DNA from: a virus
Length of the DNA stretch: 64,000 bases
Direction: 5' to 3' (one strand)
Virus record (IMG/VR): IMGVR_UViG_3300027690_000123
Coordinates: 49,991 to 113,990 of that record
A program made the translations under genes and the position numbers. The notes under the pieces are model-generated. The model saw nothing but the letters and a program-made list of their open reading frames with translations, did no database searches and was not told the origin of the DNA. This document shows positions 19,090 to 28,274 of this stretch, piece by piece. Each line of letters begins with the position of its first letter. Positions within the stretch are counted from its first letter, which is position 1.

Positions 19090-19500
19090 ATGTCAATTTC
19101 AAAACCATTTGTTTTCAGTTGTTGGTTCTTGTTGATAATTTCTGTGTCCCTTGCCTGTAGTCTATCACCTACTGTCGATGGTGCGGATGTTCTCGTCCCG
19201 GATTTACTTATCAAAGAAATTCCTGGCTACGATTCTACAAAACCAGTATACGCCGCAACCGATATCAATGGATGGTTTGTGAGAGGCGCAAGTTGGGCAA
19301 CAGAGGAAAGGAAAAAAGCCACACAGATGACAAAGGAAGGTGATTGCTGGCGCGCAAAAGGGCTGAAAGGCATACGTTTTCATCCAGTGCAACTCGACTC
19401 GAACGGCAAGCCAGCATGGGCAAAAATAGAGAATCTTTATCCTTTAGATTCTTCGTTTGTTGACAATTCCGGATCGGGTCCATGTTTGAGAGTAAATTAA
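19090..19500 (+). CDS. Secreted or lipoprotein paralogue of the preceding C-terminal domain
   Basis: Signal/lipobox-like VSLAC; DVLVP..IP..VYAAT..W..W..G.RFHPVQL..GPC. Confidence 0.7.
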   Translation: MSISKPFVFSCWFLLIISVSLACSLSPTVDGADVLVPDLLIKEIPGYDSTKPVYAATDINGWFVRGASWATEERKKATQMTKEGDCWRAKGLKGIRFHPVQLDSNGKPAWAKIENLYPLDSSFVDNSGSGPCLRVN

Positions 19501-19511
19501 TAAAGAAAGCA

Positions 19512-19560
19512 GAATAACAATTCAATTCAGCCGACGCAAAAAGCAGCGCTTCTAATTATC
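19512..19560 (+). repeat. attC site 16 (truncated on the right)
   Basis: GAATAAC complements GTTATTC (18400); AATTCAGCCGACGCAAAAAGCAGCGC nearly identical to attC1; no GTT core follows. Confidence 0.7.
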
Positions 19561-19610
19561 GGGCACGGTAGTTGATATCCGTCCCCTTAGTGGATTTGGG
19601 CATTTAAATT

Positions 19611-19760
19611 TTAAGCCCACTCATGACATAAAACCTCTGCCTGCTCTAATACCAGCTCGGTTGCTTTGGCCTGTTTGTCCGGTGGATAGCCGTATTTTCT
19701 CAAAATACGCTTGATGATCACCCTCATCTGGGCGCGGACGTTCTCCCTGACTGTCCAGTC
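19611..19760 (-). pseudogene. hsdR: 3' remnant of type I restriction subunit HsdR (DUF3387-like tail)
   Basis: Reverse strand reads [49 protein letters not shown], with an in-frame stop just upstream. Confidence 0.82.
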
Positions 19761-19777
19761 GGAAATTCAAACCATTT

Positions 19778-22600
19778 TCAACTATTTTGACTCTGAATCA
19801 GAATATCCAATATATCCCCAGGTTTTTTTGTCATGGCACTTCCCCATTGCCCGAAGCCGCCATGTGTGTTCACAGCTCGAATCCATTCTTCCAGATATCG
19901 GCGTTTCACTATATCCTGCTCGGTTTCTTTCCCTTTGGTTTCTATAACAAGGAAAGTTCCATTTTTTAGTCGAACCAAGAAATCCGGTCGATATTTGCGC
20001 ACCACACCGCGATATATGTACAGTACCTCAAATCCCAGGTGATCATTCTTTGCCCAAGCCGCAACTTGCTCGCTGTTATCCAGCGCAAAAGCGTCCGTTG
20101 CCTCCCAAGTGCTGTCGTAAACGCATACGTTAATGTGAGATTTTTTTGTGCGTCCACATGGCTTACCGGTGAACCATTTTTGCATCTTCCCTGTTGATCG
20201 GATTGGATTATCACGGTTAAAAACAGGAATGCACTTTTCCGAATTTTCTTGCCGTACCGCATCCCAGATATGTTGGACCACCCGGGACATGTTAAGAGTA
20301 ATTATCAGTCGTCGGAGCAGATCATCCTGGAAAAACAAGGTGGGGGATATGACAATCCGATTCGAGTGGATAAACTTTTCCACGATCTGCACCAATTGTG
20401 CGAGCAGGATCTCACGGCTGCCCTTCCATGTGTGTTGCATCTGGTCAAACACATCCCGCGCCGTTTCAAAAATGATTCGCTGTATGCGAAATTCTTGCGC
20501 CAACCTTTCCAGTTCTATCCTCCTGATGCTCGTCACATCAGGCCTGCCTTCGATAATAGGTGCCAATTCCGCAATCCGAGCAGTTTGGTTTGCATCCAAC
20601 TCCAATGGGGGCACCTTAGGCAATTCCAGCGTCAACTTGGTCTCAAATATATAATCAATTCGCATTACGTTGGGCCATCGGATTTCAAATTCAGCTTTCA
20701 TCGGATCTGGTTCGACGGCACTTTTGGGAGTTGTGGGTGGCGGTGGGCCGCCAGTTCCGCCTTCGTGGGGTAAAAATGTAAAAGGCACCCCGAATATGTT
20801 CACATATTCTGGATCGAATAGGTTTGTTTCTGGATTGATTTTGTAAGTGGCCCGTCGTAGCCCTCGTCCAACCACCTGCTCACACAAAAGTTGGGAGGTA
20901 AAGGCTCGAAGCCCCATGATGTGTGTGACGGTCTTGGCGTCCCATCCCTCGCTTAGCATGCCTACTGAAATTACCTTCCGAATCTTCTCGCCAGCTTGAC
21001 CGATGCGCCCAATTGTGTCTACCGTCCTGCGTAGCAATTCTGCCTGTTCGGCCTTGGTCAACTTGCGTTCTACCGGTGCAGAATCATCTTCGTCCTGCTC
21101 TTCACCGTCAGGTGTTTCTAATATGGCTGAAAGATCTTCCTGGGATTCTGCCTGATCGAGCACTTTCGAATCAATGTGCAGGATCATGTCTGGATTGCAC
21201 AACTCGTCAATGTGAATGCGCCTTGAGTCAAAGGCATGCTTGACCCTCGCCGCTGTTTCTGTACGGTTACAGACGCTAATCATAACCGGTGGTGTAGGAG
21301 TCCCAGCATCTCGCCACTCCCTCCAAGTCTCACGCCAGTCCATACCCAATAAGTAGTAGGCGTTGAGGACTAGGTCGGGAAGTGGTTCTTCCGGTTTCGC
21401 TTTGCGGTTTAAATTATCTTTGACTTCAACGTCGTTGTAAATGTGGTATAAACGAGATTTGTATGTTTTGGCATCCGGTACAGTATCGTCCCGAATTACA
21501 ACACGCGGGGTTTTAACCAGACCAGATTCAATGGCATCGTTCAATCCAAAGTCGCTAATGATCCAACCAAACAGGGCTTCTTCACGGCTTTTTTTACCAG
21601 ACGGTGTAAAAGGAGTGGCTGAAAAATCATAACAGATCAATATGCTCCGTGAGCGGTGAAGTCGGTCCAGTCCTCCAATCCAAACTGTGGCTTCCTGGGC
21701 ACTGTCTTTAAGGTCGCGTTGGCGAAGGTATTTGCCTTCAGCCTCCCAATTAACTCGCCAGGCATGGTGCGCCTCGTCATTGATAACCAGTAAGTTCCTG
21801 GCCTTGGACATCTCACCGAGCACCTCGCGGGTGTATGCCTCGTCACTCTTTACCCCGCGCTTATCAACGCTGCGTCGCTTTTTGATTTGTTCCGCGCTTT
21901 CCCAAGATAGGGCGTGCCAATTCCGGACAAGCACCTTGCCTTGGCGAAGTTTATCCAGCATGGCTGAAGGAACGATGTTGAACGCCTCGTAATAGTTGTC
22001 AGTAGCTGACGGCTCCAAGACCCCGAGGCGGCTTTTCACGGTAAGCCCTGGCGCAATAACTAGCACATTTTTCGAAAAGCGAGTGTCTTGTGGATAGGCC
22101 ACTTTGTTGAGAATATGCCAAGCGATAGCCATCGCCATAACGATGGTTTTACCAGATCCTGTAGCCATCTTGCAGCAACGGCGTAAAAATTCACCACCAT
22201 CCCCAGGGATTTCGATGCCTACTCGTTCGGAAGGGTGTGCTTCGGTCAGCCAAATGAGTGTTTCAATCGCTTCCAATTGGCAAAAGAAAAATCGGCGTAT
22301 CTCGAATTCCTCTGGGTCGTTCCAATGCTCGAGCAATCGTTTGGTAATGCTGGAAACGCCAGGATGGCCTGCATCGCGCCAAAGTTTTATTCGCGGACGA
22401 ATCTGATTGACCAACGGAATTTCTACAAAAACTCCTGGATCATCGACGGCTTTGGAATCACCCGATGCAATAACGTAACCTGCTGGACGGCGGCCCTCAA
22501 TGCGATCGAACAGCCTGGATTCACAATCATACCTCCTATGGTGTGTTGGTTCCTCATAGGGCGAATTGATAATCAGGCGATCAATGGTTGTCTGAGCCAT
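19778..22600 (-). CDS. res: Type III restriction enzyme Res subunit
   Basis: KMATGSGKT, INDEAHHA, MLSEGWDA, EQVVGRGLR helicase motifs; C-terminal YRPDFLV..VIETKG nuclease. Confidence 0.9.
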   Translation of the reverse strand: MAQTTIDRLIINSPYEEPTHHRRYDCESRLFDRIEGRRPAGYVIASGDSKAVDDPGVFVEIPLVNQIRPRIKLWRDAGHPGVSSITKRLLEHWNDPEEFEIRRFFFCQLEAIETLIWLTEAHPSERVGIEIPGDGGEFLRRCCKMATGSGKTIVMAMAIAWHILNKVAYPQDTRFSKNVLVIAPGLTVKSRLGVLEPSATDNYYEAFNIVPSAMLDKLRQGKVLVRNWHALSWESAEQIKKRRSVDKRGVKSDEAYTREVLGEMSKARNLLVINDEAHHAWRVNWEAEGKYLRQRDLKDSAQEATVWIGGLDRLHRSRSILICYDFSATPFTPSGKKSREEALFGWIISDFGLNDAIESGLVKTPRVVIRDDTVPDAKTYKSRLYHIYNDVEVKDNLNRKAKPEEPLPDLVLNAYYLLGMDWRETWREWRDAGTPTPPVMISVCNRTETAARVKHAFDSRRIHIDELCNPDMILHIDSKVLDQAESQEDLSAILETPDGEEQDEDDSAPVERKLTKAEQAELLRRTVDTIGRIGQAGEKIRKVISVGMLSEGWDAKTVTHIMGLRAFTSQLLCEQVVGRGLRRATYKINPETNLFDPEYVNIFGVPFTFLPHEGGTGGPPPPTTPKSAVEPDPMKAEFEIRWPNVMRIDYIFETKLTLELPKVPPLELDANQTARIAELAPIIEGRPDVTSIRRIELERLAQEFRIQRIIFETARDVFDQMQHTWKGSREILLAQLVQIVEKFIHSNRIVISPTLFFQDDLLRRLIITLNMSRVVQHIWDAVRQENSEKCIPVFNRDNPIRSTGKMQKWFTGKPCGRTKKSHINVCVYDSTWEATDAFALDNSEQVAAWAKNDHLGFEVLYIYRGVVRKYRPDFLVRLKNGTFLVIETKGKETEQDIVKRRYLEEWIRAVNTHGGFGQWGSAMTKKPGDILDILIQSQNS

Positions 22601-25586
22601 TATCCACCCCCATTACCTTCAGGCTTTCAATTCCTCGGTCATCAACTATCTTGACAGCAATGCGGCTGTTTTGGCCTGGTTCAAAGGGTATCGATACTGT
22701 ACCCCAGTAGGCCTCAATCAATTTTTCGTCGATCTCTGCTTTGAGGTTTTTAGATAGTTTCGACCAACCATCCTTTGCCCCGGCCATTGGGAAAAAGACT
22801 TGGCGAGGGTAGAGGCTTCGGCCATCATAGTCTGTATCCAACATCCAAACCGCAATTTTTTCTGCACTGCCGGATTCGATCCCTCCGGTTTTGGTATTGT
22901 AATAGTCGAATCCATGGACTGAAACGCGTAGTTTGCCTTTATTTTCGCCTTTAGTAATTCGTTCCACCTGTATGTCTGGTTGGCCGATCAGCCAGAACGA
23001 TTCGTTACTGGCCCGCTTCTTTTTGAGGTCATCGGTCAGCAGATCAGCATTCATCTGTGCCTTTAACAGCGTCACGCCCGGCCAATTAGTTTCATCAATA
23101 TCTTTGGCTGCCTCGGGGTCAAACTGAAAAGCTGCAAAGACAATGAGTTTGGGTTTCGGAACGAGGTGTTGCGCCTCCTCGATGGCTTGGGCCACCTGGC
23201 GCTGTTCAATAGGAGCATATTCCGGTCCGAAGGAGACTACAATGCGTTGCGGAACTGAATTTTTGTCTTTGGGATCGGGGCGTGTTTCTCCGTCAGCATT
23301 CAACCATCTCAATCCAGGAATTGGCTCCAAACGTACAAACTGAATATATTGGCCACTTTTACCCCTGATGCCGGAACGCAATAATTCATCGCGCCATTCA
23401 CCTTGTCGCAGCGTCTCACCGGAACGGGCAATAGAGAGGTCGGCTGCTTGAGGTGGGTCCTCCAAGATCTCCTCGACTGATTTGACCGCTGGCGCTGGCA
23501 CAGCCTCCACGGTAAATGGTCCGCTGACGCGTTTCTTCGTGCGATCCACTATCGGCTGGTCGTAGAGCGTTTCCTGAGGTGCGTGTCGGGCTATCGCTGC
23601 GTCAATCTGTTCGCGTTTCATGCCTTCCTTAATGTCAGGGTTGTTGGCGATAGACTTGAGTGTAACATGTGGCACAGTCTTATATTTGAATCCACTGCCA
23701 ACGCCTTCTTGCGGGTGGGCCAGCTCGTAGTAGTCAAAAGTCGCTGTCATAAGCCTTTGCTTGGCAAGGGTCAGCGCCACCCGCGAGGTGTCGCAGGTTA
23801 TCCAGCGGCGCCCCCATTGTTCGGCAACTAATGCAGTTGTGCCGCTCCCGCAAGTAGGATCGAAAACGAGGTCACCGGGTTCTGTAGTCATTAGCAAGCA
23901 TCTTTGAATTACTTTTGATGAGGTTTGAACTACATAAATGGATGAATCGCTAGCAAAACCACTTGGCATGGTATCATTCCAAAATGATTTAATTGTAACC
24001 AAAGGAAAATCATCTGAATATTGCTTCCTGTGGATATACTTACCTATGTTGATTATCCTATTCGCATGGACAAGTTTTTCTAAATGTTCTTGATTCGTCC
24101 TCCAAAAATAACCTGATGGAGGTAGAAATTTTTTCCCATTAAATAGAAATTCAAATCGGCTATGTTCAGTCCCACTGTCATTAAATAAACCCTGGGCTTT
24201 AAATGGTTTAGATCCGTCTGGAAGAATACCTGTTTCTTTCTCTGTTTTTGTAAGATACCTGCATTCTCCATTGGACGTCTCTATCATCGTGAACATCTTT
24301 GCGGCTGTCTCTATGGAACGATTTTGGAATAGCTGAAAGTATTTTGTTTGTGATTTGTTTTTACCATACCAAAGTAAATAATCAGTAGTTATATCTAAAT
24401 ATTGGCTTCCTTTTCCTGTTGTTTTTACAAATATAATTGAATTGATGGAATTTCTACTTCCAAAAATTTCATCCATTATTTCTCTAACGTGATGAACATT
24501 TTCATCTGATATTTGAACAAAAATGGAACCTTTTTCGTCCAGCAATTCTCTTGCCAATAACAAGCGGTCTCTCAAATAGTTTAGGTATGAATGAATACCC
24601 AACTCCCAGGTGTCGCGAAAAGCGCGTATTTGTTCTGGTTCCGCGGTTAAATCTTCGTCTTTACCATCCTTAACGTCGCGATTATTTACAAACGGTTGAA
24701 AGTTAGAACCGTACTTGATCCCATAAGGTGGATCGATATAGATCATCTGGACTTTGCCGGTTAAACCCTCTTTCTCCAGTAGGGAATTCATTACTAAGAG
24801 GGAGTCACCTGCGATTAGACGATTGCTCCAGTCATGGGGGTGTTTGTAAAAATCAATGGCTTGACGGATTGGCAGGTTTTCCTCTTGTGTCTCGAAAAGC
24901 GGAAGCTGTTGAGGTGTATCCCCATTTTTTTTGCGAACCGCCTCAATGATGGTTCGTGGGTCAATACGCTCATGAACGTGCAAGGAAACTGTCGGCACAT
25001 CAAATGAGGTGTGTTCGGCTTTGCCCGCCCAAACAAGTTGGGGGTCTAGATGTGGGTCATATTCGTATGTTTTTTTTGTTCCCAGATCGGGGTCTGTATC
25101 GGGTGTAACGAGTCCCGCAGGTGGGTTGTTGATCCTTTTTTTGCCTTTGTGCTCGTATGACTCGATAGATTTCTTGGCTTCGCGGTTTTTTATTCGTGCC
25201 ATTTTTGTCTTCCCGTCATCGCTTTCGGTTTCTGGATAACCCCCGACTGCGTTACTGTGATGTTTTGGGATTTTGTTCTTTTTATCCAATTTTTTCCTAG
25301 TTGGCTGCTCGACGGATAGTTCGGATTCTTTTCTCATGATACGGTCAATGAGAATCTGTTTGCTAATGGCTCCCGGATTAACACCAAGATCCCAGCAGAT
25401 TTTTTTGAGTGTGGATATCTTTAAGCCGTCGAGGATTCCCTCAATTTTCACCGATCCCTTCCTGGATAGGAATGCAGCGATGTCGGCTCTTTTTTCAGAG
25501 ATCCCTTTGAAACCGAATTTTTCTGATATTTCCAATAGGGTTGACTTATCGAGGCAATCAAGGACCTGTCGCTTACGGCTTGCCAT
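22581..25586 (-). CDS. mod: Type III R-M Mod subunit (beta-class N6-adenine MTase) with N-terminal extension
   Basis: IDPPYG and FDPTCGSGTT; overlaps res; alternative start near 25202 (MARIK). Confidence 0.9.
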   Translation of the reverse strand: MASRKRQVLDCLDKSTLLEISEKFGFKGISEKRADIAAFLSRKGSVKIEGILDGLKISTLKKICWDLGVNPGAISKQILIDRIMRKESELSVEQPTRKKLDKKNKIPKHHSNAVGGYPETESDDGKTKMARIKNREAKKSIESYEHKGKKRINNPPAGLVTPDTDPDLGTKKTYEYDPHLDPQLVWAGKAEHTSFDVPTVSLHVHERIDPRTIIEAVRKKNGDTPQQLPLFETQEENLPIRQAIDFYKHPHDWSNRLIAGDSLLVMNSLLEKEGLTGKVQMIYIDPPYGIKYGSNFQPFVNNRDVKDGKDEDLTAEPEQIRAFRDTWELGIHSYLNYLRDRLLLARELLDEKGSIFVQISDENVHHVREIMDEIFGSRNSINSIIFVKTTGKGSQYLDITTDYLLWYGKNKSQTKYFQLFQNRSIETAAKMFTMIETSNGECRYLTKTEKETGILPDGSKPFKAQGLFNDSGTEHSRFEFLFNGKKFLPPSGYFWRTNQEHLEKLVHANRIINIGKYIHRKQYSDDFPLVTIKSFWNDTMPSGFASDSSIYVVQTSSKVIQRCLLMTTEPGDLVFDPTCGSGTTALVAEQWGRRWITCDTSRVALTLAKQRLMTATFDYYELAHPQEGVGSGFKYKTVPHVTLKSIANNPDIKEGMKREQIDAAIARHAPQETLYDQPIVDRTKKRVSGPFTVEAVPAPAVKSVEEILEDPPQAADLSIARSGETLRQGEWRDELLRSGIRGKSGQYIQFVRLEPIPGLRWLNADGETRPDPKDKNSVPQRIVVSFGPEYAPIEQRQVAQAIEEAQHLVPKPKLIVFAAFQFDPEAAKDIDETNWPGVTLLKAQMNADLLTDDLKKKRASNESFWLIGQPDIQVERITKGENKGKLRVSVHGFDYYNTKTGGIESGSAEKIAVWMLDTDYDGRSLYPRQVFFPMAGAKDGWSKLSKNLKAEIDEKLIEAYWGTVSIPFEPGQNSRIAVKIVDDRGIESLKVMGVDNGSDNH

Positions 25587-25788
25587 AGGTATTGCCTTAC
25601 TTGGTGGGGGTTAGAATGTCGGGCGTTAAGATACCAGAACATCTTGAGATGTCAAGGCTTTGTCTGGGCAGGTGGCGGGCCGCTTGAAAGGTCAACCAGG
25701 GGGGGGCTGGGATTCTTACCTCATGCCAATATGGCAGTTCGGAATCTTTTCGATTCAGGTTAAGGTTTGATGTTGACGATCTTTTTTA

Positions 25789-25833
25789 TTTACAGGCGGT
25801 TTTTTTCTGGATAAAATTAAAGTAATTAATTAC
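25789..25833 (+). promoter_or_regulatory. Sigma70-like promoter TTTACA-17-TAAAAT followed by motif AAGTAATTAATTAC (25820-25833)
   Basis: Upstream of the portal operon. Confidence 0.7.
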
Positions 25834-25848
25834 AACCAAAAGGACGTT

Positions 25849-26064
25849 ATGATTTGCCCTAAATGCAACCATGAAATGAATCCAGTCAATCTCGAGAGGT
25901 CAGTTGTCGAGTGTGTAAAGTGCAGGCATCGTCAGCATATTTATTTGCCGGATCTGGATGTCGGGAAAGTCCGGGTTGACCTTAATGAATTGACCATCGG
26001 TGAACTACCCTGGGCGGTAAGAGCTTTATTCAATGAGTCTACCGAGGATGAATATGACGCTTGA
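25849..26064 (+). CDS. Small zinc-finger protein
   Basis: CPKC...CVKC. Confidence 0.65.
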   Translation: MICPKCNHEMNPVNLERSVVECVKCRHRQHIYLPDLDVGKVRVDLNELTIGELPWAVRALFNESTEDEYDA

Positions 26065-27760
26065 ACACCATGAATTTCTTGAATTTATAAATGAGTACGC
26101 TGCCGAGGAACTGAAAAAGGCCAAGGGGCAGGAGGTTTCCGGCTCAAAACTTTTGCCGGCCCAGACAGATGGGCCGCAAACCTTTTTCGTCAATCCTTAC
26201 GATTTCACCAGTCAATACGGGCTTTGGCGGGAGCGTCGGTCGGCTCTTACCTGGGATACCCTCCGGGTCATGGCGGAAAAGAATCCGATCGTCAGTGCCA
26301 TCATCAACACCCGCATCCGTCAGATTAGCTCGTTTTCGGCCCCGGTCAGTGAACAGGAAACAACTGGCAACGACCAGTTGGGGTTCAAGATCGCCCACAA
26401 GGATTCAAACAAAAAGCTGACCAGCGGCGAGGAAAAATACGTTCTCGAGCTGGAGAATTTCATCACTCATTGCGGATATGTCCAACCGGGGCAGCATCGG
26501 GTCGGCCGGGATGGGTTTGACATATGGTTGAAAAAGATCGTCCGCGATTCGTTGACGTTCGATGCCGCGGTGTCTGAGTTGGTTCCGACCCGGAAAGGGG
26601 GGATTCATTCGTTCTATGCGGTGGATGCCGCTACGATCCGGTTGGCGTTGACCCAGCAAGATGATGATGGGCTGGATGACAAGAAATACGTCCAAGTGCT
26701 CAACGGGCAGATTGTTGTCGATTACGAGCCGGATGAGATCATGTACGGCATCCGGAATCCCACCACGAACATCAAAAACAATGGGTACGGGATCGCCGAG
26801 CTGGAGCAGCTTGTGACGATCGTGACGAACATCTTCAATGCCATGACCCACAACGCCATGTTTTTCAAGAACGGCGCTGCAGTGAAAGGCTTGATCAACA
26901 TCAAGACTGGTAAGGGCCAGACCGGAGCGCCGAATGATCAGCTCGAAGCGTTCAAGCGGGCGTGGCGGGCGATGGTGACCGGAAGCCAGAATGCCTGGTC
27001 AACGCCGATCCTCCAATCCGAGGGGGTGGAATTCGTCAGCATGGGTAACACCAACCGAGAGATGGAATTCCAGCAGTACCTCGAATTTTTGGTCAAGCTG
27101 GCCTGCGCTGTTTATTCCATCGATCCGGCTGAGATCAATTTCTATATGGCGGCTTCCAGTGGTGGCGGCTCGCCCATGTTTGAGTCCAATCAAGAAGCCA
27201 AGCTCAAGATGAGTAAGGACAAAGGGCTTCGTCCGCTTTTGGCTTCGATCGCCCGGTGGGTCAATTATTACGTCCTTGAGCCAATCACCCCCGATTTTCG
27301 GTTCGTGTGGGTTGGCATGGATTCTAAGGATGAAAAAGAGATCGTCGAGCTTCGGACGAAAGAAGTTGGCTCATATATGACGGTTGATGAAGCCCGGGCC
27401 GAGGCGGGTAAAGAACCGCTGGGGGAGGAAAAGGGCGGCAACATCATTCTTAATCCGCAATATATCCAATATCTGCAACAGCAGGCAATGGCGGCACAGA
27501 TGGGCGGCATGGGAGGTGGCGGCGATGAAGAAACCGGAGAGGGCGGAAATACCGATTTCAGCGATCGTGGTGGCGGCGATCAAGATCTGGAACTGGTTGG
27601 CGGGAAGCCGGAGGGAGAGGCCGAGGAAGTGGCCGGAGAGAAGCAAAGCGGAGAGATCGCTGCTCAGTCAAAGGCAAAGGGTTCAGCGGATGAAAAAGAG
27701 ATGAAAAAGAGTCTTTTGCGAACCCGAGAAAAATATCTTCGGATTATGATCGGGGGTTGA
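26054..27760 (+). CDS. Portal protein
   Basis: PIVSAIINTR, GIRNP..GYGIAELE, FFKNGAAVKGLI, EMEF..YL, MTVDEAR; ATG 26054 after GAGG. Confidence 0.92.
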   Translation: MTLEHHEFLEFINEYAAEELKKAKGQEVSGSKLLPAQTDGPQTFFVNPYDFTSQYGLWRERRSALTWDTLRVMAEKNPIVSAIINTRIRQISSFSAPVSEQETTGNDQLGFKIAHKDSNKKLTSGEEKYVLELENFITHCGYVQPGQHRVGRDGFDIWLKKIVRDSLTFDAAVSELVPTRKGGIHSFYAVDAATIRLALTQQDDDGLDDKKYVQVLNGQIVVDYEPDEIMYGIRNPTTNIKNNGYGIAELEQLVTIVTNIFNAMTHNAMFFKNGAAVKGLINIKTGKGQTGAPNDQLEAFKRAWRAMVTGSQNAWSTPILQSEGVEFVSMGNTNREMEFQQYLEFLVKLACAVYSIDPAEINFYMAASSGGGSPMFESNQEAKLKMSKDKGLRPLLASIARWVNYYVLEPITPDFRFVWVGMDSKDEKEIVELRTKEVGSYMTVDEARAEAGKEPLGEEKGGNIILNPQYIQYLQQQAMAAQMGGMGGGGDEETGEGGNTDFSDRGGGDQDLELVGGKPEGEAEEVAGEKQSGEIAAQSKAKGSADEKEMKKSLLRTREKYLRIMIGG

Positions 27761-27820
27761 GTCTGACATCGAAGTTAATTTCCAAATTTAAATTTATCAG
27801 GGACAAATAAGGGGGCAAAA

Positions 27821-28228
27821 ATGAAAAAAATCTGTTTGGCTGTTCTGTGTGTTTTGTGTCTCGTATCGGTGGCTCTGGCTGAACCTGTTTCGCTGGCATG
27901 GGATCCTAACAGCGATAATGTCACAGGTTATCGTCTATATGCCAGGACTGGTAACACCTATGACTATGCCAATCCGATATGGGAGGGGTCGTTGACGACT
28001 TGCACGGTCGATGTCGCAGCGGATTTACAAACAGCTTTTGTCGTCCGGGCGTATCGAGTCTTGAATCTCACCGGGGATGTTCAACAAAGCGGGGATAGCA
28101 ACGAGGTGATTTATACACCGGATGCCTTGGTCAATCCGCCCTCTACCCCGAATGGTTTGTTTATCAAAGCTATCGAGGAAATCATCCAGGGGCTTGAAAC
28201 ACTGAAAGAGGCTATCGCCAACAGTTAA
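27821..28228 (+). CDS. Secreted fibronectin type III-like protein
   Basis: Signal peptide; VSLAWDPNSDNVTGYRLY; SNEV. Confidence 0.65.
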   Translation: MKKICLAVLCVLCLVSVALAEPVSLAWDPNSDNVTGYRLYARTGNTYDYANPIWEGSLTTCTVDVAADLQTAFVVRAYRVLNLTGDVQQSGDSNEVIYTPDALVNPPSTPNGLFIKAIEEIIQGLETLKEAIANS

Positions 28229-28245
28229 TTTTTGTCTGTGAAACC

Positions 28246-28259
28246 AAGTAATTAATTAC
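28246..28259. promoter_or_regulatory. Palindromic motif copy (AAGTAATTAATTAC)
   Basis: Intergenic, ahead of the DUF5675 gene. Confidence 0.75.
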
Positions 28260-28274
28260 ATTCGGAGCTTTTTT

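Larger units (their letters stand above)
4374..19560 (+). mobile_element. Integron gene-cassette array without intI in the window (CALIN-like)
   Basis: About 16 intergenic AAC...GTT imperfect hairpins with co-oriented ORFs between them; 8 cassettes have perfectly complementary boundary cores. Confidence 0.92.
3702..25788. mobile_element. Accessory/defence island between terL and the portal operon
   Basis: Visibly AT-richer than the flanks, non-phage gene content, attC sites, R-M genes. Confidence 0.9.

Noticed and set aside
5797-19560. Intergenic palindromes read as a CRISPR array, REP elements or terminators
   Set aside because: Not identical direct repeats, spacers are gene-sized, no T-tails, and the AAC/GTT cores match across cassettes as expected for attC
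3688-25833. Two motif copies flanking the island as a target-site duplication
   Set aside because: They differ at two positions, their flanks are unrelated, and nine more copies occur elsewhere
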